A stretch of DNA of 64,000 nt from a virus, in the IMG/VR virus record IMGVR_UViG_3300035670_000147, positions 9,294 to 73,293 of that record. One strand, 5' to 3'. The position numbers were made by a program, and so were the translations under genes. This document shows positions 18,053-27,366 of this stretch, piece after piece. Numbering within the stretch: the stretch's first letter is position 1; the number at the start of each line of letters is the position of its first letter. The notes beneath the pieces are model-generated. The model was not told where the DNA came from and did no database searches. It worked only from the letters and a program-made list of their open reading frames with translations.

Positions 18053-19078
18053 ATGGCTGACGAAGAACTGTTTTTTGAAAACGTATACGACGTTGTCGAG
18101 GCGTACGAAAAAGGGTTTATCGGCGCCTACAACGACCCCGAAGCCGACGCCCAATTGTGGGCAGAAGTCCGGGCCGCCGGCGGCATCCCAGACGGCGCGA
18201 TGGCTTGCCAAGCCTACGGGCTCGAAAATAGCGGCAAAGGCAAACTCAGTTTGCCGGTACTAGAAATTGAAGCGCTGTACCCCAGTTGTTTGCCCGGCGG
18301 CGCACAAGGCCGCGGCGACTGCGTCAGTTGGTCGACGCGGAATGCCTGTCTCGGCACAATGTGCTGCGAGATTACAAGCGGCAAGCCGGACGAAGTTAGC
18401 GGCCGGCTGGAGGGCGCTCCGGAAGTCAGCGACGTCGCGCGCTTAAACGGCGTTTTATCGACGGAAGCGTTTTACAATTGGCGCCGGCACGGCGGCGACG
18501 GCTGGACATGTTCGGCCGCGGCCCGAGTGGCGTTAAAAGAGTCTGGCTTGTGGCTGCGCAAGAAGTACGAATCTATTAACGTCGATATGACGCAGTATTC
18601 GTCGCGCAACGCCGGCATTTACGGCCGGACTACGCCGCCCGAGTCGTGGCTTGAGATCGGCAAAGACCATTTGGTGCGCACCGCGACGGACGTCGAAGAC
18701 TTTGAACAACTCCGCGATTTGTTAGCCAATGGTTACTGTGTAAGTTCGTGCGGCTCGGAAGGATTTTCCAGTCAACGCAATGAGCATGGCGTCAGTTCGC
18801 GTAAGGGGTCTTGGGCGCACGCGATGGCCTATCTGGGCGTAGATGATCGCGACGCTATTAAAGCCATTTACAACGAGCCGCTCGTGTTAGTCCAGAATTC
18901 ATGGGGCCAGTGGAATGACGGGCCTCGGCGAATTTTGGGTACGAATATCGACATTCCCGTTGGTTCGTTCTGGGCTCGCTGGTCAGATATTAAGAATCGG
19001 TCGATGATCGCGTTCTCTGGCGTAAATGGCTGGCCGCCCAAGAAACTGAAGTCATATGGTGCGTTAGGTAACATTTAG
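18053..19078 (+). CDS. Papain-like (C1-like) cysteine protease
   Basis: QGRGDCVSW (catalytic Cys), WAHAM (His), QNSWG (Asn). Confidence 0.85.
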   Translation: MADEELFFENVYDVVEAYEKGFIGAYNDPEADAQLWAEVRAAGGIPDGAMACQAYGLENSGKGKLSLPVLEIEALYPSCLPGGAQGRGDCVSWSTRNACLGTMCCEITSGKPDEVSGRLEGAPEVSDVARLNGVLSTEAFYNWRRHGGDGWTCSAAARVALKESGLWLRKKYESINVDMTQYSSRNAGIYGRTTPPESWLEIGKDHLVRTATDVEDFEQLRDLLANGYCVSSCGSEGFSSQRNEHGVSSRKGSWAHAMAYLGVDDRDAIKAIYNEPLVLVQNSWGQWNDGPRRILGTNIDIPVGSFWARWSDIKNRSMIAFSGVNGWPPKKLKSYGALGNI

Positions 19079-19168
19079 CGACATATCAGTTTTGATTTGT
19101 CGCGCGGAACGACATAAAAAACTTGTGTCATTCCGCGCAGACGTTCAAATACTTTAGAGGTTTGTGCC

Positions 19169-19444
19169 ATGCTTAACTGGTTATTAGCATTTTTTACCTC
19201 GCTTTTTTCTTGGGGTGGCGTGCAGCAAGCCGAGCCGCCGCAGAAAGATTATGTCGGGTATGTGGCGGCTGAGGCGGCATATTCGGCGCTAATTCCCGTA
19301 GCAGAGCCCACCAAGCCGAAAGTGCCCACAAAAGATTGCACGACCTGTAGGGGCACTGGCCGCGTCCGCACAGGCGACGATCAGGGCTGGACAAAATGCC
19401 CGGATTGCGAGGGTTTGCCGCCGAGTGACGCTATTTCGCAATAA
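19169..19444 (+). CDS. Exported small protein with DnaJ-type Zn finger
   Basis: Signal-like N-terminus; CTTCRGTG...CPDC. Confidence 0.6.
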   Translation: MLNWLLAFFTSLFSWGGVQQAEPPQKDYVGYVAAEAAYSALIPVAEPTKPKVPTKDCTTCRGTGRVRTGDDQGWTKCPDCEGLPPSDAISQ

Positions 19445-19557
19445 TTGCTCGTCAGCCAATAATTGCGAAATAGAATACCGTTGCCGAAATTCGTAATGTT
19501 CGATATACAAAACATTACGGAGGCTGACGTTCGATATATGCTACGTAAGGTGCAAGG

Positions 19558-20058
19558 ATGCCCGATCTGAAAAAAGTCACAGGGAAGTGCTATACGTTCC
19601 GCGGCCTCAAGTTTTATGCTGAAAACGGCTTTATCTGCCTGCACGACGAGGATACGGGCGAATTTTACGTCCTGACGCGCAAAGAATTCTTGCTGCGCGC
19701 TCAGGCGCTCTCCGAAGAAGCCGCCCGTCTTCGTCACGTTGCCGCCGCGAACCCCGATAAAGCGTCGTGGCTCTCCGCTGACCGCTCTGAGTTAATTCGC
19801 GCGATCGAGGAGATGATTGCCTGTACTAATGAGGCAAAAGAGCAGGGCGACCGTACAGACCCCGCCGTCGATGCTTGGTTTATGAAGCACCGACCCTCTC
19901 GCAAAAGCAGAATTTCGTTGGTAAGTGCTGCAGATTTTAAGACTGCAATGCCCGGCGCCCTTCCTTTAGGCCGAGATACTGGAAAACATGTCGCTCCAGA
20001 CTTTACAATGGGGGCTAAGCCAAATACCCCTAAAAAGTTAATTCTGCCGGGAGAGTGA
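19558..20058 (+). CDS. Hypothetical protein
   Basis: 166-aa ORF after a structured intergenic region. Confidence 0.65.
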   Translation: MPDLKKVTGKCYTFRGLKFYAENGFICLHDEDTGEFYVLTRKEFLLRAQALSEEAARLRHVAAANPDKASWLSADRSELIRAIEEMIACTNEAKEQGDRTDPAVDAWFMKHRPSRKSRISLVSAADFKTAMPGALPLGRDTGKHVAPDFTMGAKPNTPKKLILPGE

Positions 20059-20059
20059 C

Positions 20060-20578
20060 ATGGATTTAGATAGCATTGACGAAAAGACGGCGTTTAAGTT
20101 GGGTTTTGCCACGCGCTGCTTTGAAATGGGCCTCGAACCCGCGCAGGTCAAAGAAGCATTCGAAAAAAGCGCACTTCTTCCTACATTTCTCGGCGGTACC
20201 GGCACTGGAATATTAAGCCGCTTGGCGCCCGGATTAGCCGCCCGCCTCGCCCCGATTGCCGCGCGCACCGGACCTTGGGGTAAATGGATGGCTGGCGGCG
20301 CTGCTGCGGCCGGACTTCCCGCTGCTGGCTTTTTCGCAAGCGGCGCGCCGCTGCAGGCCATAAAAGACATGGGTCTGCTTGGCATCGGCCTCGGGGGCGG
20401 CGCGGGCTTACTGGGCGGCGCAGCGCTCGGCTACGGCAAGGCCAAGTTAGACGAGGAGCCGGTCGATGAGGACGAAATCAAGTCCAAGGAACTCTCAGAT
20501 ACTTATAAGGCGTACACGGCCCGATTGAAGTCTCAGCGGGCCTATCAGCAGTACCGCAAAGCGCGCGAAAGCGCCTAA
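20060..20578 (+). CDS. Glycine-zipper protein with K-x-A sites, putative virion internal protein
   Basis: EKTA, VKEA, EKSA near the N-terminus; GLGGGAGLLGGAALG. Confidence 0.6.
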   Translation: MDLDSIDEKTAFKLGFATRCFEMGLEPAQVKEAFEKSALLPTFLGGTGTGILSRLAPGLAARLAPIAARTGPWGKWMAGGAAAAGLPAAGFFASGAPLQAIKDMGLLGIGLGGGAGLLGGAALGYGKAKLDEEPVDEDEIKSKELSDTYKAYTARLKSQRAYQQYRKARESA

Positions 20579-20593
20579 CCACGGAAGGGTCTT

Positions 20594-20941
20594 GTGAGTA
20601 CACGGAAGTATTTTCAAGAGATAGCAGGCCAGCAGCACGGAAACCATCGCCTTTACTGGCCCGGCACGCCAGAAGGTTTTCCTGTAATCGCGCCGCCGGG
20701 AACCGCTCCAAACCTCAAACAAGAGGAAATGGAGAACATCGACTTCCGGCTCGATTTCAAGTCCAAAATGTTTGAATTGTGGGATACGGCGCAAAAAGCC
20801 GAATTTGACGACATCAATGATAAAATAGTCAACGGTTGGTACATGCTGCAAAAGCGGTCTGACCACTGGGACGACGAGCACAAACACTTTCGAATCTGGC
20901 TGGAGTGGTGCCAAGTTTACGGCATGATTCCGCCCAAATAA
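20594..20941 (+). CDS. Hypothetical protein
   Basis: 115 aa, GTG start. Confidence 0.65.
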   Translation: MSTRKYFQEIAGQQHGNHRLYWPGTPEGFPVIAPPGTAPNLKQEEMENIDFRLDFKSKMFELWDTAQKAEFDDINDKIVNGWYMLQKRSDHWDDEHKHFRIWLEWCQVYGMIPPK

Positions 20942-20953
20942 CGGCAGGCGATT

Positions 20954-21970
20954 ATGGGCTACGCAGAAGACGGCAAAGAAATCATAAATAACATTGTGTT
21001 GGGCACCGGAGTCGGGGCCTCGGCGACGGGGCTGTATTATCTGGCCAAGAAACTGCGGAAGCGGTTTGAAGAGCAGTTGGCTAAGAATGCGCCCAATACG
21101 CCGGACTATCACGACGTAGCCCTCGACGTGCCGAAACTCGAATCGCCTGCCCAGCCGAAGTTAGCATTTGACGCTTACAGTGTCGCGACACCTCTGGCTA
21201 CTGGCGGTGCGAGCGCAATTCTGGCGGCGGCCCTGTCGAACAAAAAAAATAAACTTCGTAACGCCGCTATTGCAGGCGCGCTGGGTGCCGGCGCCGGCGC
21301 TGGTTTGAACACCAAGCCCGTGCACGAGTTTGTCGGTAAAAATATCCCCAGTTCTATCTTCCCGTTTCTCGAACCAGTTATGGGCGGCTCGTGGTTTGAC
21401 CGCGGCTCTGGTTACAACGCTTGGAACGCCGCTTTGAATGTAGGTGGCGCCGGCCTTGGACTCGCAGGCGGAAAAGCCCTATACGACATGTCGGTCGCTC
21501 CGCAACTTGAGGTCGAGAAAAAGAAGGAGCACTACAACAGCGTAAACGACGCCCGTAAAAAATACTTTGACGCACTGCTGCGTGACGAAGACGACGACAA
21601 GAAGAGCGACAAGAAAGCCTCGGTAAACGACGCGCTCGAAGCCGCGTACACAGCCTACGCCGAAAAGAAAGCCGACTGGAAGGACTACATCAATCCGCTC
21701 AAACTGCCGCTATTAAAGCAGGTCTTTTACGACTTGCCCAACATGTACGCGGCGGCTGGCGTGGGCGCGACATTAGGTGGCGGCCTAATCGGCGGCAAAT
21801 ACATGTACGACAAGACGATGGCGGCGTCAAAAGCCAAGAACTTGGCGAAAGCCCTCGCCGCCAAGGAGCGAATGAAAGATGCGCTGCCAGTGTGGGTCGA
21901 CCCGCAAGAACTGGCGCAAATTAAAGACGTAGCCGCCGAGAAGGGCCTAGCCGCTGATCAAGGGGTGTGA
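20954..21970 (+). CDS. Glycine-zipper protein with K-x-A sites, putative virion internal protein
   Basis: PKLA, DKKA, EKKA; several GxxxG hydrophobic segments. Confidence 0.6.
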   Translation: MGYAEDGKEIINNIVLGTGVGASATGLYYLAKKLRKRFEEQLAKNAPNTPDYHDVALDVPKLESPAQPKLAFDAYSVATPLATGGASAILAAALSNKKNKLRNAAIAGALGAGAGAGLNTKPVHEFVGKNIPSSIFPFLEPVMGGSWFDRGSGYNAWNAALNVGGAGLGLAGGKALYDMSVAPQLEVEKKKEHYNSVNDARKKYFDALLRDEDDDKKSDKKASVNDALEAAYTAYAEKKADWKDYINPLKLPLLKQVFYDLPNMYAAAGVGATLGGGLIGGKYMYDKTMAASKAKNLAKALAAKERMKDALPVWVDPQELAQIKDVAAEKGLAADQGV

Positions 21971-24900
21971 CCATGTCAGACCCGCTGCCCCCGCTGCGCG
22001 CCCCCGCTCCGTTTCCTCCCGCTCCAGCGCTCCCGCAGCCGACACCGCCACAAACGCGCGCATTCGGTGATGTTGGGGCTCTGCGCGACAGCATTTTTAA
22101 CGAGGCGCTCCGCTCGGCGTCAGGGATCGAGCCGATTCAGAACGACCTGTATACGTTAAAGTTAACCAACGTCGCGTATACGGGTCCGGAACGCTACTCC
22201 CGTAAAGACCAAAAGAAAGCGGTGTTAACTCGCGGCTCGTTGGCGCGAAAGTTAACAGGAACGTGGACTTTAATAGAAAATGGCTCGGAAAAGCCTGTCG
22301 CTACGCGACAGGCTACTATAGCAAACGTGCCATATCTGACCGACTCGGGTACGTTTGTAAACAAAGGTGTCGAATACACGCTGGCACACCAACTCCGACT
22401 TCGGCCGGGCGTGTTCACGCGCGAAAAAGATAACGGCGAACTGGAGTCGCACGTTAACACGCTGCCGGGCAAGGGCCGCTCGCACCGGTATTACATGGAC
22501 CCCAAAACCGGCGAGTTTCAAATCCAAATCGGGCAGGCCAAGATTCCGCTGATGCCGCTGCTGAAGACGCTCGGCGTGCAGGAAAAGCAGATACGGGAAG
22601 CGTGGGGCAACGAGATCGCCTCTGTAAACATGCAGAAGGGCGATGCGGGCACGCTGGATAAACTTTACAGCCGCCTCGTGTTCAAGCCAGACCCCGCCGC
22701 AGATCAGTTAGCCAAGATCAAGGCTATCGCCGCGGAGTTCGCAAAAACAGAGTTAGACGAAGAGGTCACGAAACGAACGCTGGGCAAGCCGTACAAAAAT
22801 CTCACGCCGGAAGCGATTCTCGACATCACCAAAAAACTCATCGCTGTTAATCGAAAAGAAGCCGACAGTGATGACCGAGACAGCATGACGTTTCAGCAAG
22901 TCTTTGGGCCGGAGGATTTGATATCAGAACGGTTTGTGAAAGATAAGACCGCGTTGCGTCAATTGTTGTGGAAAGCGACCGCAAAGAAGTCGCTCGACCA
23001 TATTCCCAGCGGCGTATTTAACAAAGCCATTACCGCTGCGCTAATTGGCTCTGGGCTGGGTTCATCGCTCGAAGAAATTAATCCGGCAGAAATCTTTGAC
23101 CATCAAACGCGGGTCACCCGCCTTGGTGAGGGCGGCATTGGTTCGATGGACGCCGTACCGGCGGAATCGCGCAGCGTCCAGCCCAGCCATTTCGGGTTTA
23201 TCGACTACCTGCGCACGCCCGAGTCTGGCAAGGTGGGCGTCGACATGCGCTTCGCGTCGGGCGCCCGCAAGTTAGGTAATAACTTGCACACGTTTGTCGT
23301 GCCCGTCAAGAACGCTAACACTGGCGAGACAGAATATAAAACCCCGCAAGAACTGTCGGACATGCCGCTCATGTTTCCGGGCGAAGAGAAGTCCGACCTG
23401 CCGATGGTTGCGGCGCTTGTTAACGGCAAGATCAAATACGTGCCACGCAAGGACGCGCAGTACACCGTGCCGAACATGGACAACACTTTTTCGTCGCTGA
23501 CAAACATGGTGCCGATGAAAAGCATGGTAAAAGGCCAGCGCGTCATCATGGGCAGCCGCATGTTTACGCAGGCGCTTCCGCTTGAAAATGCTGAAGCCCC
23601 GTTTGTGCAGTCCGCTAAGTTTGATAGCGACGGGTCTATATCGCACGAAGACGAAATGGGCGAAAAGTTAGGCGCGATTAAAGCCCAAGTTGGCGGGCAG
23701 GTTCTGTCTGTCACGCCAGACGACATGGTTATTCGCGACAAGGACGGGCAAAAACACACGATAGACCTGTACAACGACATGCCGTTCAACCGAAAGACGT
23801 TTTGGACGCAGACGCCGACAGTCAAGCCCGGCGATACGGTGCAGCCCGGCCAACTTATTGCCACAAGCAACTTTACTGACAAAAGCGGCTCGGCCGCGCT
23901 GGGGCTGAACTTGCGCGTAGGCTACACGCCGTTTCGTGGTCGGAACTATGAAGACGCGGTTGTGATATCTGAATCGGCGGCCAAGAAACTTACTAGCCAG
24001 CACATGTATCAGCACGAAGCCGAGTGGGACGACAACACGCACGTCGGAAAAAAGTCTTTTTTGAGTTTGTTTCCCGCCGAATATGACAAGAAGGTGCTAG
24101 AAAACTTTGACGACAACGGCGCAATTAAAAAGGGTTCAATCGTAAACTTCGGTGATCCGCTTGTGCTCGTCGCCAAGAAGCGCGATCAGGTGTACGGCAA
24201 AGTACACCGCGGCCGAGCGGGTGCTTTTGCAAATGAAACAATTACGTGGGAACATCATTCTCCGGGCGTTGTGACTGACGTTGAGCACACAAAAAAGGGC
24301 GTATCGGTCGTCGTGAAGTCGCAGGCGCAGATGGAGGTTGGCGATAAAATTACGGGTCGTTTCGGCGATAAGGGCGTTGTGTCTGAAATTGTGCCGGACG
24401 ACCAGATGCCGCAGGACGCGAAGGGTCGCCCGCTTGAAATTCTGGTCAGTCCGCTCGGCCTTATAAACCGCGTAAACCCGGCGCAAATTATTGAAGCGGC
24501 TCTCGGAAAAGTTGCCGAAAAAACTGGCAAGCCGTTCAAAATCAAAGACTTCGACAACGACAATGATTTGATCGAAATGGCGATGGCTGAGTTGACTAAA
24601 AACGGTCTGACAGACACCGAAGACCTGATAGACCCCGAGACTGGGCGCAAGATTCGCGGCGTGCTGACTGGCAATCGTTTCTTTATGAAACTGCACCATA
24701 CGGCAGAGTCGAAGGGGCAGGGGCGGTCTATTGGTGGTTACACGGCAGAAGGCACGCCGGCAAAAGGCGGCAGCGAAGGCGCCAAGCGTGTCGGCATGTT
24801 GGAACTGGGTGCGCTTCTTTCGCACGGTGCCGGCAAAGTAGTCCGCGACGCCAAAATGGTGCGCGGACAGGCTAACCCTGAGTATTGGACGCAGTTCATG

Positions 24901-26403
24901 GCCGGTTACGACCCGCCGCTGCCCAAGGTGCCGCACGTCTACGAAAAGTTTGTGAATCAATTGCGAGGCGCCGGCGTTAACGCAGTTCGGACCGGTACGA
25001 AAACGCACATCATGGCGCTGACCGACAAGAACATCGACGAGTTAGCGGGCGACCGTGAAATCCAGAACGCCGAAACCGTGGATTGGAAGGGCAACCTTAA
25101 GCCCGTAAAGGGCGGGTTGTTTGACGAAACACTCACCGGCGGGCATAACGGCAATCGCTGGTCAAAAATAACATTGCACGAACCGATGCCGAATCCAATC
25201 ATGGAAGAACCAATTCGGCGTACGCTTGGGCTGACAGAAAAGAAATTTCGCGCGATACTCGCCGGGCAAGAAAAACTGGGCGACAAAACTGGCCCGACAG
25301 CAATTCACGAAGCGTTGAAAGCCGTTAACCTGCCGCGCGCAATCGAACAAGCGCGTGCTGATATTAAGTCTGGTCGCCGCACACTGCGCGACGCGGCGGT
25401 GCGTCGCTTGGCGTTTTTGAAGGGCGCCGAAGCAACGGGCGTGCACCCCAAAGACTGGATGCAAACAAAGGTAGGCGTCTTGCCGCCGGCATTTCGCCCC
25501 GTGTCGACGATGGGCGCAAAAAGAATGCAACTTATCGACGACGCAAACTATTTGTACAAAGAACTGCTTGATTCAAATAACGTGCTGAAAGAAGCGTCTG
25601 GATTACTGTCGGATGTGGGCAACGAGCGGCTGTCGCTGTACGACTCGATGAAAGCCGTCTCAGGTTTAGGCGACCCGCAGCACCCGAAAAACGTCGAGCG
25701 AAATGTCCGCGGATTTTTGTCAAAGATATTTGGTGATAGCCCCAAGTTCGGCACGATGCAGCGCAAGTTGTTGTCGAGCACCGTCGATCTTGTAGGTCGT
25801 GCGGTAATTTCGCCCAACCCAGACCTCGACATGGACGAGGTAGCGCTGCCCGAAGACAAGGCGTGGGAGATTTACAAGCCGTTCGTGGTTCGCGGCCTTA
25901 TTCGGCGCGGAATGCCGCGCATGAACGCGCTGCGCGCCGTTGAAGAACGCAACAAAGAAGCGTTTGCTGAGTTAAATACGCAGATGGGGTCGAAACCAAT
26001 TGTTATTAACCGCGCTCCGGTGCTGCATCGATACGGCGTAATGGCGTTTTACCCGCGTCTTACCAAGAACAAAGTCATGGAAGTCAACCCGGTTATTACC
26101 AAGGGGTTCGGGGCCGATTTCGACGGCGACGCGATGCAATATCACGTCCCCAGCACCGACGATGCCGCGAAAGAAGCCATAGAAAAAATGCTGCCTAGCC
26201 GCAATTTGTTTGCGGCGTCCAACTTTAAAGCGCATTACGTGCCCAACAAAGATTACCAAACTGGTGTATACTTAGCGTCCAGCAAGATTAATAGCAAATC
26301 AAAACCGCGCGTATATCGCACCAAAAAAGACGCTCTCGCGGCCTACCGCCGCGGTGACATCGATGTAGACACGCCGGTACATATTGTGGAAGATAAAGCC
26401 TGA
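21967..26403 (+). CDS. rpoBC: Phage multisubunit RNA polymerase: beta fused to the N-terminal half of beta' (contains the catalytic loop)
   Basis: Beta motifs: GTFVNKGVE, TPESGKVG, GRNYEDAVVISE, GDKITGRFGDKGVV, FMKLHH, KRVGMLE. Beta' motifs: GGLFD, VLPPAFRP, GRAVI, NRAPVLHR, GADFDGD. Confidence 0.93.
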   Translation: MTMSDPLPPLRAPAPFPPAPALPQPTPPQTRAFGDVGALRDSIFNEALRSASGIEPIQNDLYTLKLTNVAYTGPERYSRKDQKKAVLTRGSLARKLTGTWTLIENGSEKPVATRQATIANVPYLTDSGTFVNKGVEYTLAHQLRLRPGVFTREKDNGELESHVNTLPGKGRSHRYYMDPKTGEFQIQIGQAKIPLMPLLKTLGVQEKQIREAWGNEIASVNMQKGDAGTLDKLYSRLVFKPDPAADQLAKIKAIAAEFAKTELDEEVTKRTLGKPYKNLTPEAILDITKKLIAVNRKEADSDDRDSMTFQQVFGPEDLISERFVKDKTALRQLLWKATAKKSLDHIPSGVFNKAITAALIGSGLGSSLEEINPAEIFDHQTRVTRLGEGGIGSMDAVPAESRSVQPSHFGFIDYLRTPESGKVGVDMRFASGARKLGNNLHTFVVPVKNANTGETEYKTPQELSDMPLMFPGEEKSDLPMVAALVNGKIKYVPRKDAQYTVPNMDNTFSSLTNMVPMKSMVKGQRVIMGSRMFTQALPLENAEAPFVQSAKFDSDGSISHEDEMGEKLGAIKAQVGGQVLSVTPDDMVIRDKDGQKHTIDLYNDMPFNRKTFWTQTPTVKPGDTVQPGQLIATSNFTDKSGSAALGLNLRVGYTPFRGRNYEDAVVISESAAKKLTSQHMYQHEAEWDDNTHVGKKSFLSLFPAEYDKKVLENFDDNGAIKKGSIVNFGDPLVLVAKKRDQVYGKVHRGRAGAFANETITWEHHSPGVVTDVEHTKKGVSVVVKSQAQMEVGDKITGRFGDKGVVSEIVPDDQMPQDAKGRPLEILVSPLGLINRVNPAQIIEAALGKVAEKTGKPFKIKDFDNDNDLIEMAMAELTKNGLTDTEDLIDPETGRKIRGVLTGNRFFMKLHHTAESKGQGRSIGGYTAEGTPAKGGSEGAKRVGMLELGALLSHGAGKVVRDAKMVRGQANPEYWTQFMAGYDPPLPKVPHVYEKFVNQLRGAGVNAVRTGTKTHIMALTDKNIDELAGDREIQNAETVDWKGNLKPVKGGLFDETLTGGHNGNRWSKITLHEPMPNPIMEEPIRRTLGLTEKKFRAILAGQEKLGDKTGPTAIHEALKAVNLPRAIEQARADIKSGRRTLRDAAVRRLAFLKGAEATGVHPKDWMQTKVGVLPPAFRPVSTMGAKRMQLIDDANYLYKELLDSNNVLKEASGLLSDVGNERLSLYDSMKAVSGLGDPQHPKNVERNVRGFLSKIFGDSPKFGTMQRKLLSSTVDLVGRAVISPNPDLDMDEVALPEDKAWEIYKPFVVRGLIRRGMPRMNALRAVEERNKEAFAELNTQMGSKPIVINRAPVLHRYGVMAFYPRLTKNKVMEVNPVITKGFGADFDGDAMQYHVPSTDDAAKEAIEKMLPSRNLFAASNFKAHYVPNKDYQTGVYLASSKINSKSKPRVYRTKKDALAAYRRGDIDVDTPVHIVEDKA

Positions 26404-26423
26404 TTGTTCACACGGAGGTAAAC

Positions 26424-27155
26424 ATGGATTACACGGTAAATCCGGAACTGCTCGCGCTTGCGAACCGGCGCGTATTCGAAAAATCGGCGGTAGTGCCTCC
26501 GCAGGGCGGCATGGGTGTCGACCAGTCGCAGCAACTCGGTATGGCGCCCCCGACCCCGGACGCAATGGGCGCGCAACAGCCGGTTGACCCGGCACAGGCC
26601 GCCGCCGCTGCTGGCGGCGCGCCCCCAGCCGCTCCTCCCGGCATGATGGACCCGGCTATGTTGGGCGCGTTGCCACCCGCCACTCCGACCGCGCCGGCTC
26701 CCGGCGCCGCAGGGCAAAAATTGAAGCCCGAGCAGATGATGCAAATGCTCGATTATCGGCTGTACAACATGCAGCAGCAACTCACGGCGATTATGAACGC
26801 TATGGGCGTGCAAGTCGCGCCGGAGTCGCTTGTGTTGCCTCCCGGCACTACTGGCGCGCCGCCCGCAGAAACTGCGCTTCCGGGCGGCCCCATGGCCCCG
26901 CCGCCGGCACCAGAAGGCGCGGCCGGCCCGCAACCCCCCGGCGGGCCCATGCCTCCCGGAGGTCCGCTGCCTCCGGGCGCACCGCCTGCAGACCCGGCAG
27001 CCGGTAAGCAAGCGAACTGGTGGGAGCGCGTCGAGGCGCACGCCGTTAGCCGCGTAGGCCGCCCCGTAAGCCCCGACATTGTGACCATTGATCTGCAAGC
27101 GAAAGTCGGCGCCGCGAAGGCGTTGCACCGGAGTTTAGCGGACGATGCTCGTTAA
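26424..27155 (+). CDS. Pro/Gly/Ala-rich protein between the RNAP genes
   Basis: GGAGG RBS; EKSA and GKQA flank a low-complexity region with a central helical segment. Confidence 0.65.
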   Translation: MDYTVNPELLALANRRVFEKSAVVPPQGGMGVDQSQQLGMAPPTPDAMGAQQPVDPAQAAAAAGGAPPAAPPGMMDPAMLGALPPATPTAPAPGAAGQKLKPEQMMQMLDYRLYNMQQQLTAIMNAMGVQVAPESLVLPPGTTGAPPAETALPGGPMAPPPAPEGAAGPQPPGGPMPPGGPLPPGAPPADPAAGKQANWWERVEAHAVSRVGRPVSPDIVTIDLQAKVGAAKALHRSLADDAR

Positions 27156-27360
27156 AACTCAGCACAACTTAATGCCGGCGGAGCAGAAAGCCCACAGCGT
27201 TGTCGTTGAAGACGATTTAGGTAATCCTATTTTTGTCGCAACGCATTTGGTGGACGGCATTCTGTACTCAGCCGTCGGGGATAAAGATTTTAAGGCTGTG
27301 CTCAACATGGTCGGGCTGACGAATGCGCCCGAAGTTAAAGAATTACCGCCGCCGAAGTGA
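27145..27360 (+). CDS. Small hypothetical protein
   Basis: 71-aa ORF between the Pro-rich gene and the beta' C-half gene. Confidence 0.55.
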   Translation: MLVKTQHNLMPAEQKAHSVVVEDDLGNPIFVATHLVDGILYSAVGDKDFKAVLNMVGLTNAPEVKELPPPK

Positions 27361-27366
27361 TATATC

